Under the pieces are notes generated by a model, which was given only the letters and a program-made list of their open reading frames with translations, was not told the origin of the DNA and did no database searches. The position numbers were made by a program, and so were the translations under genes. This document shows, piece by piece, positions 1-13,266 of a stretch of DNA of 64,000 nucleotides. How positions within the stretch are numbered: position 1 is the first letter of the stretch; every line of letters starts with the position of its first letter. Origin of the DNA: Lama glama (lineage: Eukaryota); assembly GCA_028534125.1 (NCBI GenBank), contig CM052816.1:52392001-52456000 (forward strand), written 5' to 3'.

Positions 1-29
1 AATATTAAAAAAGACAGTAGAAAAACTAA

Positions 30-310
30 ATTAATCAGGTGTTTCTCTGTCATCTTCCTTGGCTTCTCAGCATCTGGCAAAGCTGACACTTCCTCTTTCT
101 TGAAACTCCCTCTTCCGCTGGCTTTCATGACACATCACTCTTTCCCGAAACTCCACGTAAATCTCCTTCGTGAGCTTCTCCTCTAGCAGAACACAAAATG
201 GTGGATCTTCTAAGAGCTCAGTTCTAAGTGCTCTTCTTCTCTATCAGTACTGCAGGCTTCAGTTATCACCATCTGCTGAGGAGTCCCAAAACTATGTCTA
301 TAATTTGATT
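30..310. mobile_element. Degraded L2-like LINE fragment
   Basis: Pyrimidine-rich motifs typical of L2 (cttgaaactccctcttcc...gctttcatgaca; ggcttcagttatcacc). Confidence 0.5.
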
Positions 311-600
311 TTCTGTTTTTCAGTATCTTCTTTTTCTTTCAGTGTCTGAGCAAGCAAGTAACTTGTCTTTGATTAGCTAAAGCTTCTTTATTACCCATCT
401 GAATGCACAGAAATTTTTTAAAATGTGTGAACTTGTCAGTAAACCATAAACTATATAGCCATATTAAGAGAAAAAAAAACTTACCATTATACTGTTCAGT
501 CTTTTGTTCCTTAAACTGTCAATATAAATAATTATCTACTACTTCTCAGACACATTCCCTACATATTATTGAGGATTTAAGAATAGAAACTATAGACAGT

Positions 601-736
601 GGGGAGGGTAATAGCTCAGTGGTAGAGTTCCTGCTTAGCGTGCACACGGTCCTGGGTTCAGTTCCCCATACCTCCATCAAAATAAATGAGTAAACCTAAT
701 TACCTCCTCCTCAAAATAAGAAAAAAATGTAGAAAA
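601..736 (+). mobile_element. tRNA-derived SINE (Vic-1-like, camelid)
   Basis: A box TAGCTCAGTGG, B box GGTTCAGTTCC, AAACCTAATTACCTCC tail and A-rich end. TSD agaaacta(t/a)agaca at 585-598 and 737-750. Confidence 0.88.
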
Positions 737-1394
737 AGAAACTAAAGACAATGTCTCTTTTATTGGGAATTTTAAAATATATTTCAGAACAAATATATGC
801 ATTATATATGAACATACACCTTCAGTATTAGCTAAATAGGTAGATATATTCAATTGTGGGTTTTGTCAACATTATCAATATTATTTCTTTCTGGGGAGTT
901 CTCTTTAAATCATCTACATCTTTTCTTAATGTTTTCCACTAAAGCTGGTATTGTTTACATGAGACAATAGAGTATAAAGCAGTGATTCTGCTATTAATTT
1001 GAAAAGATGATTTCATTATTACAATAGGTCATTGGCAGCTGTGACCTCCAATGTTATTCTCCTTTGTTACTCTATTCATAGATGCTGCATTATTAAATGG
1101 ATCACAAGTGTAAGTGAAACATAATTATAGCATTGCTTAAACTGAGCATGACTAAATATATTTATGTTTAATAATAAAAATATAAAAACTATACTTGATC
1201 GCTGTTATTAGAATGATATTTTAACATTGCTTTAATTTATCTGTTCTGATTTTCTTTCTATACCTTTTGTCCATTTGTGCCAATTTTAGTGTCTGGTTCT
1301 TTTTCCTGATCAAAAGGCAGTTTGGAGGACATCTGCCATTATAGCAGCTCCTCTTTACACTTTAAAATTTCCAAGCATTTTCTTTTTCAAAACT

Positions 1395-1855
1395 TTTTTT
1401 TGCATTCTTAGCCATTTTAAAGTTTACAGTTCAGTGGTATTAAATACTACATTGTTGTGCAACCATCACCACCATCCATCCCCATAACACTTTCTTGTAA
1501 AACTGAAACTCTGTACCCACTAAGCCCTAATTCCCATTCTCCCCTACTTCCATCCCTCAGCAACCACCATTATACTATCTGTCTTTATGATTTTGACTAA
1601 TCTAAGTACCTTGTCTAAATGGAATCATACAATATTTGTCTTTTTGTGACTGATTTATTTCACTTAACATAATATCTTCAAGATTCATCCTTATTATAGC
1701 GTATGTCAGCATATCCTTCCTTTTTAAGGCTGAATAATATTCCATCGTATGCATGTACCACATTTTGCTTATCCATTCACCCATCGATGGATACTGGGTT
1801 GCTTCCATGTTATAGCTATTGTGAATAATGCTGCTGTGAGCATGGTTACACTGTA
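1395..1855 (-). mobile_element. L1 (L1MB-like) ORF2 3' end and 3' UTR
   Basis: ORF-track peptides WISKMWYMHTMEYYSALK and MLTAALFTIA are L1 ORF2 C-terminal motifs. Confidence 0.88.
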
Positions 1856-3184
1856 AGTGTTTTTGAAAGAATGTTTACCAGGTACTAGAGACAAACCTAG
1901 AATAATTCTTGCCTGAATTCTGAGACGATCAGCAGGTGATGAGCAGGTGTGGCCAACCGGCCTTGAGTCTCTCCCCGGGCCTAACGTTGTTCCTAGAGTA
2001 AGTCTGCTGACTTTGATTGTCCATTCATGTATAATGTGTTGAATTAACAACATGATGGAAATGTGCATGGTCAGAACTTGAGGATTTGTGAGGAGTTGCT
2101 TTGGAATGATTGTGGACTCAGATATTCCTGTGGGAAATCCCTTATTATTGGTATCTGTAGGGATTTTCTCTTCAGCTAGCCAATTACCCCAAAGAGTATT
2201 ATACCATACTCTTGGGGTTGGGGGAAGGGTTGGGGGACAAGGAGTGGGTAAATCTTGACTGGCAGCTTTCTCAGAATCAAAGGAGGAAGAATGATGGGGT
2301 TTCATCATTAGATATATGACTTCCACTTAGTAATTTCCCTGGATTCAGTACAAAGACTCTTGTATTACGTAAAAAATAACAAAAAGGGCAGTTTTAAAAA
2401 GGACTGTTTGAAAACAAAAAGTTCTAAAATTCAGCATATCAAAAACCAAACTCTTGCTATACTCCCCAAACCTTCTCTTCTCATAGTTTGTTTACCTTGC
2501 TAAATGGCAATTTTATCCTCCTGGTGACTCAGAATAAACTTGGGCACTCCCTTCACTCTTTTTTTTTTCCCCTCACACATTCATCAATCAACAAATCCTC
2601 TTTGCTCCACCCTCAAAATATATCCACTTCTCACCATCTGGTATGAGCCACCATGATCTCTAGTCTATTGCATCACAGTCGCATCTGTCTCCAGGCTTCC
2701 TCAGCTCTGGTTCTTCCTTACCTCCCCCATTTGTCCCCCCGGCCATGGGAGAAATACCAATTTCCTGCCGTTGGTAAATTCAATGTTGCTTCACTGACCT
2801 CTGGATGACTTCTCAGTTCTCCCAACACTTTTGTGACTAGTTCCCCACATTAAATTTTCTATATTGGAATATCTTAATTCTGTTTTCCTACTTAGAACCT
2901 GACTGATAACTGCCCCTTTCAAAGTCCTGCATGTGCTGCTAATACCTGCTCTAGTTTTATGTTTATAACCAGACTTCTCCTCTAGTGCATTGCTAATACT
3001 TGTTTGCTTTCATATCTACTCTGAAAGTTTAAAATAAAATTGTCCACCTTCTATAAAAGTAAAATATTTTTAGAATCATAGTATAAGTGTTTATTTCTCA
3101 AGACCAGAGAGAGCAGCTTCCAATTTGGCAAATCCCTATTAAGTTTTGGATACTGAGTGAGCTAGACATTTCGAAAATAATTTC

Positions 3185-3350
3185 TTGAATCCTCACAATA
3201 ATGTGCAAGGTAGTTACCACTCTCTACTTAACAGAGGAGAAAACTGAGGCACAGAGAATTTAAGTGACTTGACCAGGATTACGTAGCTCATAGGTGGTAA
3301 GGCTTAACTTCACATGTATCTGTCTGATATGAGCGTTTTCCAGCGCCCCA
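3185..3350 (-). mobile_element. MIR SINE
   Basis: Core motif acagaggagaaaactgaggcacagaga...aagtgacttg. Confidence 0.75.
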
Positions 3351-4989
3351 TTCCACTTTCCTAATATGCCTATCTTCACGTTAATCAGTGTTTGCTCATC
3401 CTTGTGGTTTTAATAAGCACCAATAGGTTTTATTATATACTTTCATAATAATTTTAGGGCCACATGAAAGATATATGAATTTAGGAAATGTTAAGTGCCA
3501 GCATAGGAAACCGATTATGTCTTGATTAAGTCAACAATTGTACATGGCTTCAAATGTCATTCCAACTACTATTTGTACACTCAAACCATGGAAACAAAAT
3601 GTAATTAATGAGTTCATTCTATTATGTAAAACAAATAATATGTTTCAATACCATTGAGATCCACAATGAAGTTAACCCAGAACAGATTCTTCCATTTATT
3701 CTACAAAAAAGGGAGGAACAAAATCAAAGCAGTTCTTTACCTAATTACTGAAACTTTTGAATGGAGGAAGCTGCCCCTTTTAGAAAGAAACAGGGCCCAT
3801 AATAGAGGCAGTTCTCAAGCACCACAAGATTTCAATCTGAAAAGAATCCTAGTACCTTATTTGCTCACAAACATGAGTGTGCACACACAAGTTTATATAT
3901 TATTTTTCAAGCAACGTGTCTACAGAACTAGAAAAGAAAGTATGAACCGAAGTGTTGAGGCTAGGATTTCAAGTGGGAATTAACAACGAGGAAAGAACAG
4001 AGTTCATTTGAAATAGAAAGTGAAACATGATCCCTTTGTCTTTTTGCTGTAAACCCTTGAGCCCTGGAATTTGCCTTCATTAGTTACAAATCCTCAGAAG
4101 GAATTTGGCCTAATTTCACAGATAGCACTTGAGTATATCCACATGTAGATTTGTACTTTGTGGATTTTCCTGTGACAAAGCAGCATTCCATACTGGTTTC
4201 TCACTGCTGCCTGGCATTCACTGTTGCCAGTTCCTTCCAATATTGGCTGCTATATGTTGAGAAATGAAAAATGAATTATAATATATAGTTGAGTAAAACA
4301 CAAGCACCCTACAATTCCAATCTCCTGGGGGAAAAAAAAACCAACTTTAGAATCTACAATCGCACCATACATTTTTAAGACAAATAAAAAAGATTTCTTG
4401 ATTGATCTACTGCTCTGGAAATACCTGTACCCCCGATCACTTAGATTAGCACAAATGATCAGGAGTTAATTCTGTATCATTATGTATCCCAGTGCAAGGT
4501 AAAGGTACATGGAGTTTAGTTCTGATTAACTCACCAAAGTGTGATAAAAATAAAAAATCCTTCATTTGATACTGATTTTAACAACAAATAATATATTTTT
4601 ATTTTTCAAGAAAAATCTGATTTCTGCCATATTAATGGGAGCATTATGTTCACCATTTTAGGCCATGTCGTTATAGTTTCAAATGCTTTCATGTGGAACT
4701 TATTATAAAATTATTTTCTAGACTTACACTGGCTATAAAATATGTTGTTTACAAAACATATGGACTTATTTTATATCTTATTTTTAGAGACTTGTAGGGA
4801 AGACTTTTCTATAACCTCTCATGATTGAGTGCTGCCTCCAAGAGAATAGCTAATCCTGTTCTATTTACTCAGGGACAGGTTTTGCTAAGATTTATTTTTA
4901 TTTTCAAAAATACCATAATGCTAAGGTGTTTAGCATTCCAGGCAGGGGTTAACAATGCATCCTTTAAAGATCTAGCATTTAGTCAGCAG

Positions 4990-5150
4990 TCAGCAGATCT
5001 GGGTTTAAGACCTCTCTCTACCACTAACTAATCCATGTCACCTTAGGAAAGTGCTTTAACTTCTCTGAGTCTAAGTTTCATATCAATACAATGGGATAAT
5101 AATTACAGCTACCTGTCATTCACAGGGTTCAGGTGAAATAATCAAAAGTA
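4990..5150 (+). mobile_element. MIR SINE
   Basis: ctgggttt...accact...ccttaggaaagtg...aacttctctgagtctaagtttc core. Confidence 0.65.
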
Positions 5151-5999
5151 TATGAGAGTAAGTAGGGAATTTGTCCATTCTCTAAAGCTTGAGAACTTTA
5201 TGCATGGCCGACATGGTGCCAGCAAAGTGGGAAGTACTCACCTATTTTCTCAGTCCCAAATTTGTGAAGTTTCCTACACTTCAACAATTTGCCAAAAGAG
5301 TCAGAAGAGGAAGAACAAGAAAATTTTAAAAAAATTTTTTTAATCTAACTTTTGGATACTTCAAGATCCATTACCTCTGCAAAGGCAATCTTACAAATAT
5401 CTATATGTCTCCTGAGCATTCTCTTCCTCTTCCTCCTCTTCCTCCTTTTTAAATCAACGATTTAAAAATGAAACTCCAAATGCTTCTGATTCAAAACCAA
5501 GAAAGGGAAGATTAGAAAGAATTTGTTAAGAAGTTCTAACTGATGTTACCTAGCCTATTTGCTCTAACAAAGAAGAATAATTTCTTATAAGCAATGTATA
5601 CAACATTCATCATCAACGAGACCTGGTTCCCCAGAATTCTATCTTAAAAGTTGTATCAAATGAAATAAGTGCAATTCTGGACAATATAATTATTTTGTCT
5701 TGCTGTATGAAAATATCCTAACTACCCCTAGTCCTGTTGTTTTTTTCCTTATTGACAATTTAGAGAACTTAAAAAGTAAAAGTGGGACTACTCAAAGGCA
5801 AATTATCTAGAGAATTTCAGGATGGTGAAAACTAATAACTAGAAATTTTATAGAAGTTCCTTAAACCAAGCATTTAGTTCTTGAGGTAAGTTTCTATCTT
5901 TTGGATAGTAAAAATAAAAAAATAAGATAAAAAGTCCTCTCCACCCCCTTTTTACACAGAATAAGAAAGTAGACAAAGAGAGAGAGGATTGATGCTCAA

Positions 6000-6550
6000 A
6001 GCTTCTGAAATGCAATATGAGGGACCAGATTTACTCTCCCATCAGAAACTACTAAAATGTCATGCAAAAATATATGACAAATAGTTTTCAAAACATCGGA
6101 CATCAAAAGTTGATGATGCCCGATAGATGTGAAATGACAAAGTGAGCCTTTTGTTTTCCCAGCTTACTACCTTGAGCGTTTCCTGGCCATGGTGTAGAGA
6201 GGAAGCACCCAGGGGAAAGCCTCGTGGACTCCCCAAGTTGAAGAGACAGAACTGAGTGCAGGGAGCACAAGGCAGCCAGAGTTTATAGGTCAGAGTACTA
6301 GAGAGGAAACAGCTGCACAAAAAGAGACCCCCAGAGTTGGGCAAACGGCCCCCCTCAAAGATTCGGCTAAGTACTGATAAGAGCACATTCATGATGGAAC
6401 TACCCATGACTGGTTAGGATTAGACAGAATAGAAGCCAGAGCAGACACAGGGCCAGGACTAGAAAGCCTCACAGTTTACTGGGCATTGGAAAGAGTGCTT
6501 ACCTCAGTAGTGGGGACTAATTAGCCCTTGACTAATGCTGATTTGGTCCA
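6000..6550 (+). mobile_element. Old L1 5'-region fragment (tentative)
   Basis: Purine-rich sequence resembling recalled L1M 5' UTR consensus. The family was not verified. Confidence 0.45.
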
Positions 6551-6849
6551 TATTTTTCTCAAACATTAATTTCTCTGCCATTTAGCTTTACATTTTATAT
6601 AAAATTAAATGATGCATTTTCATCTTCTATTATTTTACATTACTACAAAATTCTAGCACTTTCTTTGTTGGTACAAGTTCTCAACATCTAAAAGATGTAT
6701 CTATTTCATTGTAACACTACATATAAAACCAATTTTTAAAATACTATTATTTTTTAAGTGATTCTATATATTCTTTCTGCTTACTTGCGTTTTCAGAATT
6801 TAGCACTCTTTAATTTCAAGTTGTTTTAAAGATAATACATTCATAGTAC

Positions 6850-7595
6850 ATTATTTTTTAAAGATTGTTGCATATAAATACATGTATATGGTTCAAAACA
6901 AAACAATAAAAAAGTTATACCATGAAAAATTTCACTCCCACCGATCCTCACCTCCCAGGGTTTCCACCTGTCACATACAAATAACCACTTTTAGGAGTCT
7001 TGTGTATTCTTCTGGTGCTTATTTATACACATATAAGCAATCACACTTTTCAATTCTCCTACTGAAGTTAGCATACCATATACACATTGTATCATGCTCT
7101 TTTTACTTTAGAATTGATTTTGAAGATCTTTCTATCTCAATATACAAAGAGCTTCTTTATTCTTTTCTACATTTGAATAATATTCCTTTCTATAGATTTG
7201 AAACCCGTAAGTATTTAATCAATTCCCTACTATTGGATTTTTTAATTGTTTGCAGTGTTTTCTCTTAAATATTTCCACAATGAAAAACTTCACACGTACT
7301 TCATTTCTTATATGTATAGATATATATGTAGTATAAATTCTCAGAAATGAAGTCACTGGGTCAAAGGGTAAAATGCATTGATAATTTTGGCTTTCATGAG
7401 GATCACACTGACTTTTACTTCTGCCAGTAGTAATATATGAGAGAGCCTGTTTTTCCACAGACTTGCCAATAGAGTGTGTCCACTCTATATTTTTTAAATA
7501 GAAAATTCTCTTTTTCACTAATCCTCTAATACATTCTGATTGAATAAGAATATTTTCATCTCTATCATTAAAATGCGAAGTATAACTTTTCATAT
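6850..7595 (-). mobile_element. Highly diverged L1 (L1ME-like) 3' region
   Basis: Degenerate ORF2 C-terminal motifs on minus (KSVEKQALSY, LPFDPVTSFLRIY). Confidence 0.65.
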
Positions 7596-8389
7596 TTAAG
7601 TATTCTTAGAAGGAGTGGGATACTAAAATTTAAAAAATAATATCTAAATACACTTCTATACCATCATACATGCTTATTTACTTTCTTTGAGAAAAAACTA
7701 GTATCAGAAATGAGGTCTGTGAATATGTTATGTGCCTATTCTTTTCATTGATGTTTTAATTAAATTTAATAATTATTGATATGTACTGGTCCAAACCCAA
7801 AAAACTTGCTTAAAAAGTCATATTTTAAAAATTTAGCCCTGTTTTTAGAAACATTCGTTTGAATAAAAATTAGTATGAATCTCAAAACTTCTCAAGTTGT
7901 CTAGTATAAATGGCTTAAAAAACGTAAAAATAAAAACATAAGAAACCAGCAATCACTAGCTCATTACTTAAATGTATAGTTTAAAATGGAAATGGCTAAG
8001 TAATTATATGGTGCATACTTGTGGAAAATGTTACGTTCACCAGTCTGGATTAGTCTTGGATCCTCTAAACAGTGCCTGATATCTACCATCATTCATTAAC
8101 TTGAGACTTTTCAATTCAAGGTGTTATATAAATATAAGTCATCGATTTTTTACTAAAAAACATACCACAGTCAGACATGAGACAGACCTTGTCTGTGAAA
8201 CCTGAGACCCAAGTGACAAATACAGATTTTTTGCCCAGTGGTTTGAGTATTCTAGGTCTCTGCTTCTCAAATTGGGTTCTGTAGAATCCCGAGACTCTAA
8301 AGACATTCTTTAGGGGCTTACAAATATTTGATTAGAATTTCACATTGAAATGATGATTGTGATTTAAAAAAAACCAACCTGAAATACTG

Positions 8390-8996
8390 TAGCTGGTATA
8401 TAAAACAGTATAGCAGTTCCTTAAAAAATTAAAAATAGAATTACCATATGATCCAGTAATTACACTTCTAGGTGTATACCCAAAAGAATTGAAAGCAGGG
8501 TAAGAGATATTTTTATATCCATGTTCGTAACAGCATTGTTCACAGTAGCCAAGAGGTGGGAGCAACTGACATATCCATCAAGGGATAAATGGATAAACAA
8601 AATGTGGTATATACACACAGTGGAATATTATTCATCCTTTTTAAAAAGGAGGAAAATTCTAACAAATACTACATCATGGGTGAACCTTGAAGGTGTTATG
8701 CTAAGTGAGATTAAGTCATTCACAACAAGACAAATACTGCATGATTCCATTTTTATGAGATAGTGGAGTAGTCAAATTCATAGGTACTGAGAACAGAAGG
8801 GTGGTCATCAGAAGTACTTGTGGGAGAGGGAGATGGAGAGTTGTTGTTTGATGTGTACAGAGTTTCAGTTTTGCAAGATGAAAAGAGTTCTGGAGATTGG
8901 TTACACAACATTATGCATACACTTAGCACTCCTAAGCGGTATGCTTAAAAATGGTTAGGTTTTATGTTAAATGTATTTTACTACAATTTTTTAAAA
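8390..8996 (+). mobile_element. L1 (L1MB-like) ORF2 3' end and 3' UTR
   Basis: Peptide MFVTALFTVAKRW...WINKMWYIHTVEYYS, followed by a typical 3' UTR. Confidence 0.9.
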
Positions 8997-9670
8997 ATCC
9001 GAACTTTCAAATGTGTTATATTGGAATATCTGGAGGTCATAAACAAACTGATACTTGCACTGCCAAATAATTCATTTTTGCACAGGCTTCAGAATAAATC
9101 TTCCTTTGCCCTTTGTTTAGTTTAAAAGTATCCAGAAAGTCAGGCTATTAAGTATCTGTCAGAATGTGGATGAATCAGAATATTCTCCACACTTTACAGC
9201 CAAAACAAATATAGATATAAATCGTATGCTAAGGTGATCTACAAACCCTGATTTCATATTTGGGCGGATTGAAACAAACTTCTTGTTCTTGCTGATTGAT
9301 TTGCTAAAAGTAAATGCTATAATTTGACGTTATTAGTTAAATTCACAGTATAAAACAGCTAATTGTGAGATATTGTTTGGGAACACAGAGAATAGAGTCA
9401 TGGCTAAAAGTGAATGGAGAGTGCTTCTCTTAGATGAACTGTAGAAGTGTGTCTAAAATTGCAAAGACAGGGAGGTCTGATCTATAGGTAGAGATTTTTT
9501 CATAGAGAGAAAAAAAAAGCATGAAAATAAGTACTAACAGGAAAACATGAGTTGATAAAATGGAGAAAAATAACAAGTTAATAAAATTTACAGTTAGGTG
9601 ATGTTAAGACAAATGTCTACAGGTATAGCTGAATATATATCTGTGTATGTGTATATGAAATAGATCTACA

Positions 9671-9859
9671 GTGGGTAGGGTATAGCTCAGTGTTAGTGCA
9701 CATACCTAGCAAGCACAAGGTCCTGGGTTCAATCCCTAGAACCTCCATTAAAGATAGATAAATAAGCCGGAATACCTCCCCACACCAAAAGAAAGAAAGA
9801 AAGAAAGGAAGAAAGGAAGGAAGGAAGGAAGGAAGGAAGGAAGAAAGAAAGAAAGAAAG
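9671..9859 (+). mobile_element. tRNA-derived SINE (Vic-1-like) with (GAAA)n/(GGAA)n tail
   Basis: GGGTATAGCTCAGTG...GGTCCTGGGTTCAATCC. TSD atagatctaca at 9660-9670 and 9860-9870. Confidence 0.88.
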
Positions 9860-10977
9860 ATAGATCTACAAATAAAAAAGCGTGGAATGGTAACATTCAA
9901 ATCTGTCATACATGGGGTTCAAGAGTCCTCTGTTTTTAAATCTGTTCTGTTCAAATTCTGTTTCCCACTGCAAGACATTTATTTACTATAGAGAGAAAGT
10001 ATAGGCTCATGGAAAGTAACTATTGATAAGCTAATTCAATATGTGACTAAATGAGGAAAAATTTAATTACCAAACATAAATGATTTGTAGCAAAAAAAAA
10101 TTTTACTTGCTAATACACATTTTTCTATCACATTAGATATAAAACATATGAAATGTCTCTTGAAGCCTCAATAAATATTTGTCAATGTCTATAATTTAAT
10201 ATTTGACTAAAACTTAAATTGTTTAGTAATAAATCTTGCAGAATTGAACCAAGAAGATAGAATATGATATACTTACTCCTCACTCCTATAATATCTTTTT
10301 TTGAAGTTTATTGACTAGATGAACAATTTAGTGGCATGAAAAATTAAACATTTAAGATTATTCTTTACATATTTGGGATCTTGGTGAGGTATTAACCTCA
10401 GACATAAGGATTTTTCTTAAAAGCTAGACAAGCAGAGGGGACAGGGAAATGATCCAGAATTTCTGGGCCATGAAACAAGACAGCTTTATGATGTGGTTTT
10501 AGCACACTAGGACCTCTCTGTTTTACTTAATCTAAGAACAGAAGTGGACTGCAGAGTCAGAACAATAATAGAGGAAGTATATACCTTCAGATATGAATTG
10601 TACCTTCTTTTGCTTATCTACAGAGAAGAATCTTGAAGTTGATTTGTACCTCTTGATTTTAAGTACAACGTCAAACACAACCATCAGAAAAAGTCAGCAT
10701 TCTATAACTTTCCACCCATATTTATAAAAATACCCTGTTCTTTGAGGAAAATTCTGCAATGGACTGAAATCAAGTCATACACTACCATCCTTTGTATATC
10801 CTTTAAGTCACAAATAACTAGATACATATGATAAAACCAGAAACCAAGTGTTATACTGAAAAGTGCCTGGAAGAAAGGCCTGCATAACAGGATTAATTAA
10901 CACTAAAAAGGAGATTTTAGAAGAAATAATGTTTAAAGCTTAATTGCATTAAACAAGACTACATACAAAAATCTGCT

Positions 10978-11073
10978 TAAAAATATGAAAATGCATATAT
11001 GTATGTATATGCATGACTGGAACATGCTGTACACCAGAAACTGACACATTGTTGACTATACTTTAATTTAAAA
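10978..11073 (+). mobile_element. Very short 5'-truncated lineage-specific L1 3' terminus
   Basis: tatgtatgtatatgcatgactgg...cagaaactgacacattg...poly(A). Perfect TSD aaaaatctgct at 10967-10977 and 11074-11084. The same motif recurs at 37916. Confidence 0.75.
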
Positions 11074-12094
11074 AAAAATCTGCTGTAAAACCTATATGCA
11101 CAGAGTTATATATACTACTATAGAAAGATACCTGAAATATATTGCCCATAATAAGGGCAGAATACAAAGTGGATTGTGTTCCTTTACAAAATACACAAAT
11201 AAAATAATACTTAGCCCTCAATTAATGACTTTTATTTATTCCTGAAGATCCTGCCATTGAATGAAAAGATATTTTCATTAATTTTGTTGGGGGAAGTTGA
11301 TGATATAGTCTATCCCATCTCAAAACACCCAATTTTCACAAATAGAAAAAATCTATCAATAGAACAATGAAAACAAGATGATATAAGTAATATAAGTAAT
11401 AAAAATTATTTAAAAGTAAAATAATATAGCATTGTAATAAGTGAAATTGTATTATATCATCAAAGGAGAAAGATCCCTATTTTTAAGGAAGAAGGATGTG
11501 TGGAAATTTTTCTTTGGAGGATTGTGGATAACAGATGGTTGGTTCTCAGGCAGACAACTCTCTTCACTATCAAATTGGAAAATATATATTTTAAATGTGT
11601 TAACATCTAACGTTTAATTGGTTGTTAAAATGGGTATCTCATACACTCCTAGTGAGGTTCTAAACTGAAATAATCCATCTGGAAAACAATTTGATGCTAT
11701 GTATCAGGAAATATCAAAAATTATTATACCCTTTGAATAAGTAGTTCTCCTTTTGGAAATTTAAGAGAGTAACAAAATAAATACAAAAGTCTATGGATAA
11801 AGAAGATACTTTCAACAGAGCATTGGAAGTGCAACATTAAAACCATACAGTAGATTTTTATTTAAGCTTTAACAATGTCTATTATAATTAAATAATTTTC
11901 ATATCTTATAACCTAGAAATTCCATTTCTACTTTTTTTTACCCTGAGGGAACATTAATCAAAGATATGTCAAAGAATGTTCATTGTTCAATGTTTGAATA
12001 GGAAAATAATGGAAATAACTCAGGACGATGACTAAATACACTGGTTTTGTCATATGAGGAATACTCTAATCAATACTGATATTCAAAATTCAGT

Positions 12095-13266
12095 TGAAGA
12101 ATTAAAAATTTCTGCTCTGCAAAAGACAATGTCAAGAGAATGAGAAGACAGGCCACAGACCGGAAGAAAATATTTGCAAAAGACACATCTGATAAAGGAC
12201 TATTAGCCAAAATGTACAAAGAACGCTTAAAATTCAACAATAAGAAAACAAACAACCCAATTAAAAAATGGGCCAAAGACCTTAACAGACACCTCTCCAA
12301 AGAAGGTATACAGATGGCAAATAAGCATATAAAAGGACACTCCACTTTATGTGTCATCAGATAAATGCAAATTAAAACGAGATACACCCATATTAGAATG
12401 GCTAAAACTGGAACACTGACAACACCAAATGCTGACAAGGTCTTGGAGTGACAGGAACACCTATTCATTGCTAGTGGAATGCAAAATGGTACAGCCACTT
12501 TGGAAGAAAGTTTGGTAGTTTATTACAAAGCTAAATGTACTCTTACCATCTGATCCAGCAGTCTCACTCCTTGATGTTTACCCAAAGAAGCGGAAAACTT
12601 ATGTTCACACAAAACCCACACACAGATGTTTACAGCAGTTTTATTCATAATTGCCAAAACTTGGAAGCAACCAAGATGTTCTTCAGTAGGTGAATAGATA
12701 AATAAACTGTGATACATCCAGATGATGGAATATTATTCAGCATCAAAAAGATATGAGCTATCAAGCCATCAAAAGACATGGAGGAATCTTAAATTCACAT
12801 TACTAAGTGAAAAAAGGCAATCTGAAAAGACTAAATGATTGAAACTATATGACATTCTGGAAAAGGCAAAACTATGGAAACAATAAAAAGGTCAGTGGTT
12901 ATCAGGAGTTGAGAGGGCAGGAGAGGGAGGGGAGAAGAATGACGAGGCAGTACAGATAGAATTTTTAGGGCATGAAAGTACTCTGTATGATACTATGATG
13001 GTGGATACATGCCATTATACATAAATCCAGACCAACAGAATGTACAACACCATGAGTGAACCCTAACATGAACTATGGACTTTGGGTGATTATGACGTGT
13101 CAATATTAACTTCACCAATTATTACAAATATACCACTCTGATGGGGGATGTTGGTAACAGGGAAACTATGCATGTGTAAAGGCAGGGTGTATATAGGAAC
13201 TCTCTGTATCTTACTTTCAATTTTGTCATAAACTTAAAACTGCTCTAAGAAAAAATTCTTTAAAAA
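12095..13266 (+). mobile_element. L1 (L1MC-like) ORF2 3' part and 3' UTR
   Basis: Peptide KKIFAKDTSDKGL...NNPIKKWAKDLNRHLSKEGIQMANKH, with frameshifts. Confidence 0.92.

Noticed and set aside
601..680. tRNA-like sequences here and at about 9675, 16805 and 46160-46230
   Set aside because: They have A/B boxes, but also SINE tails, TSDs in two cases and a degenerate acceptor stem. They are SINEs, not tRNA genes.
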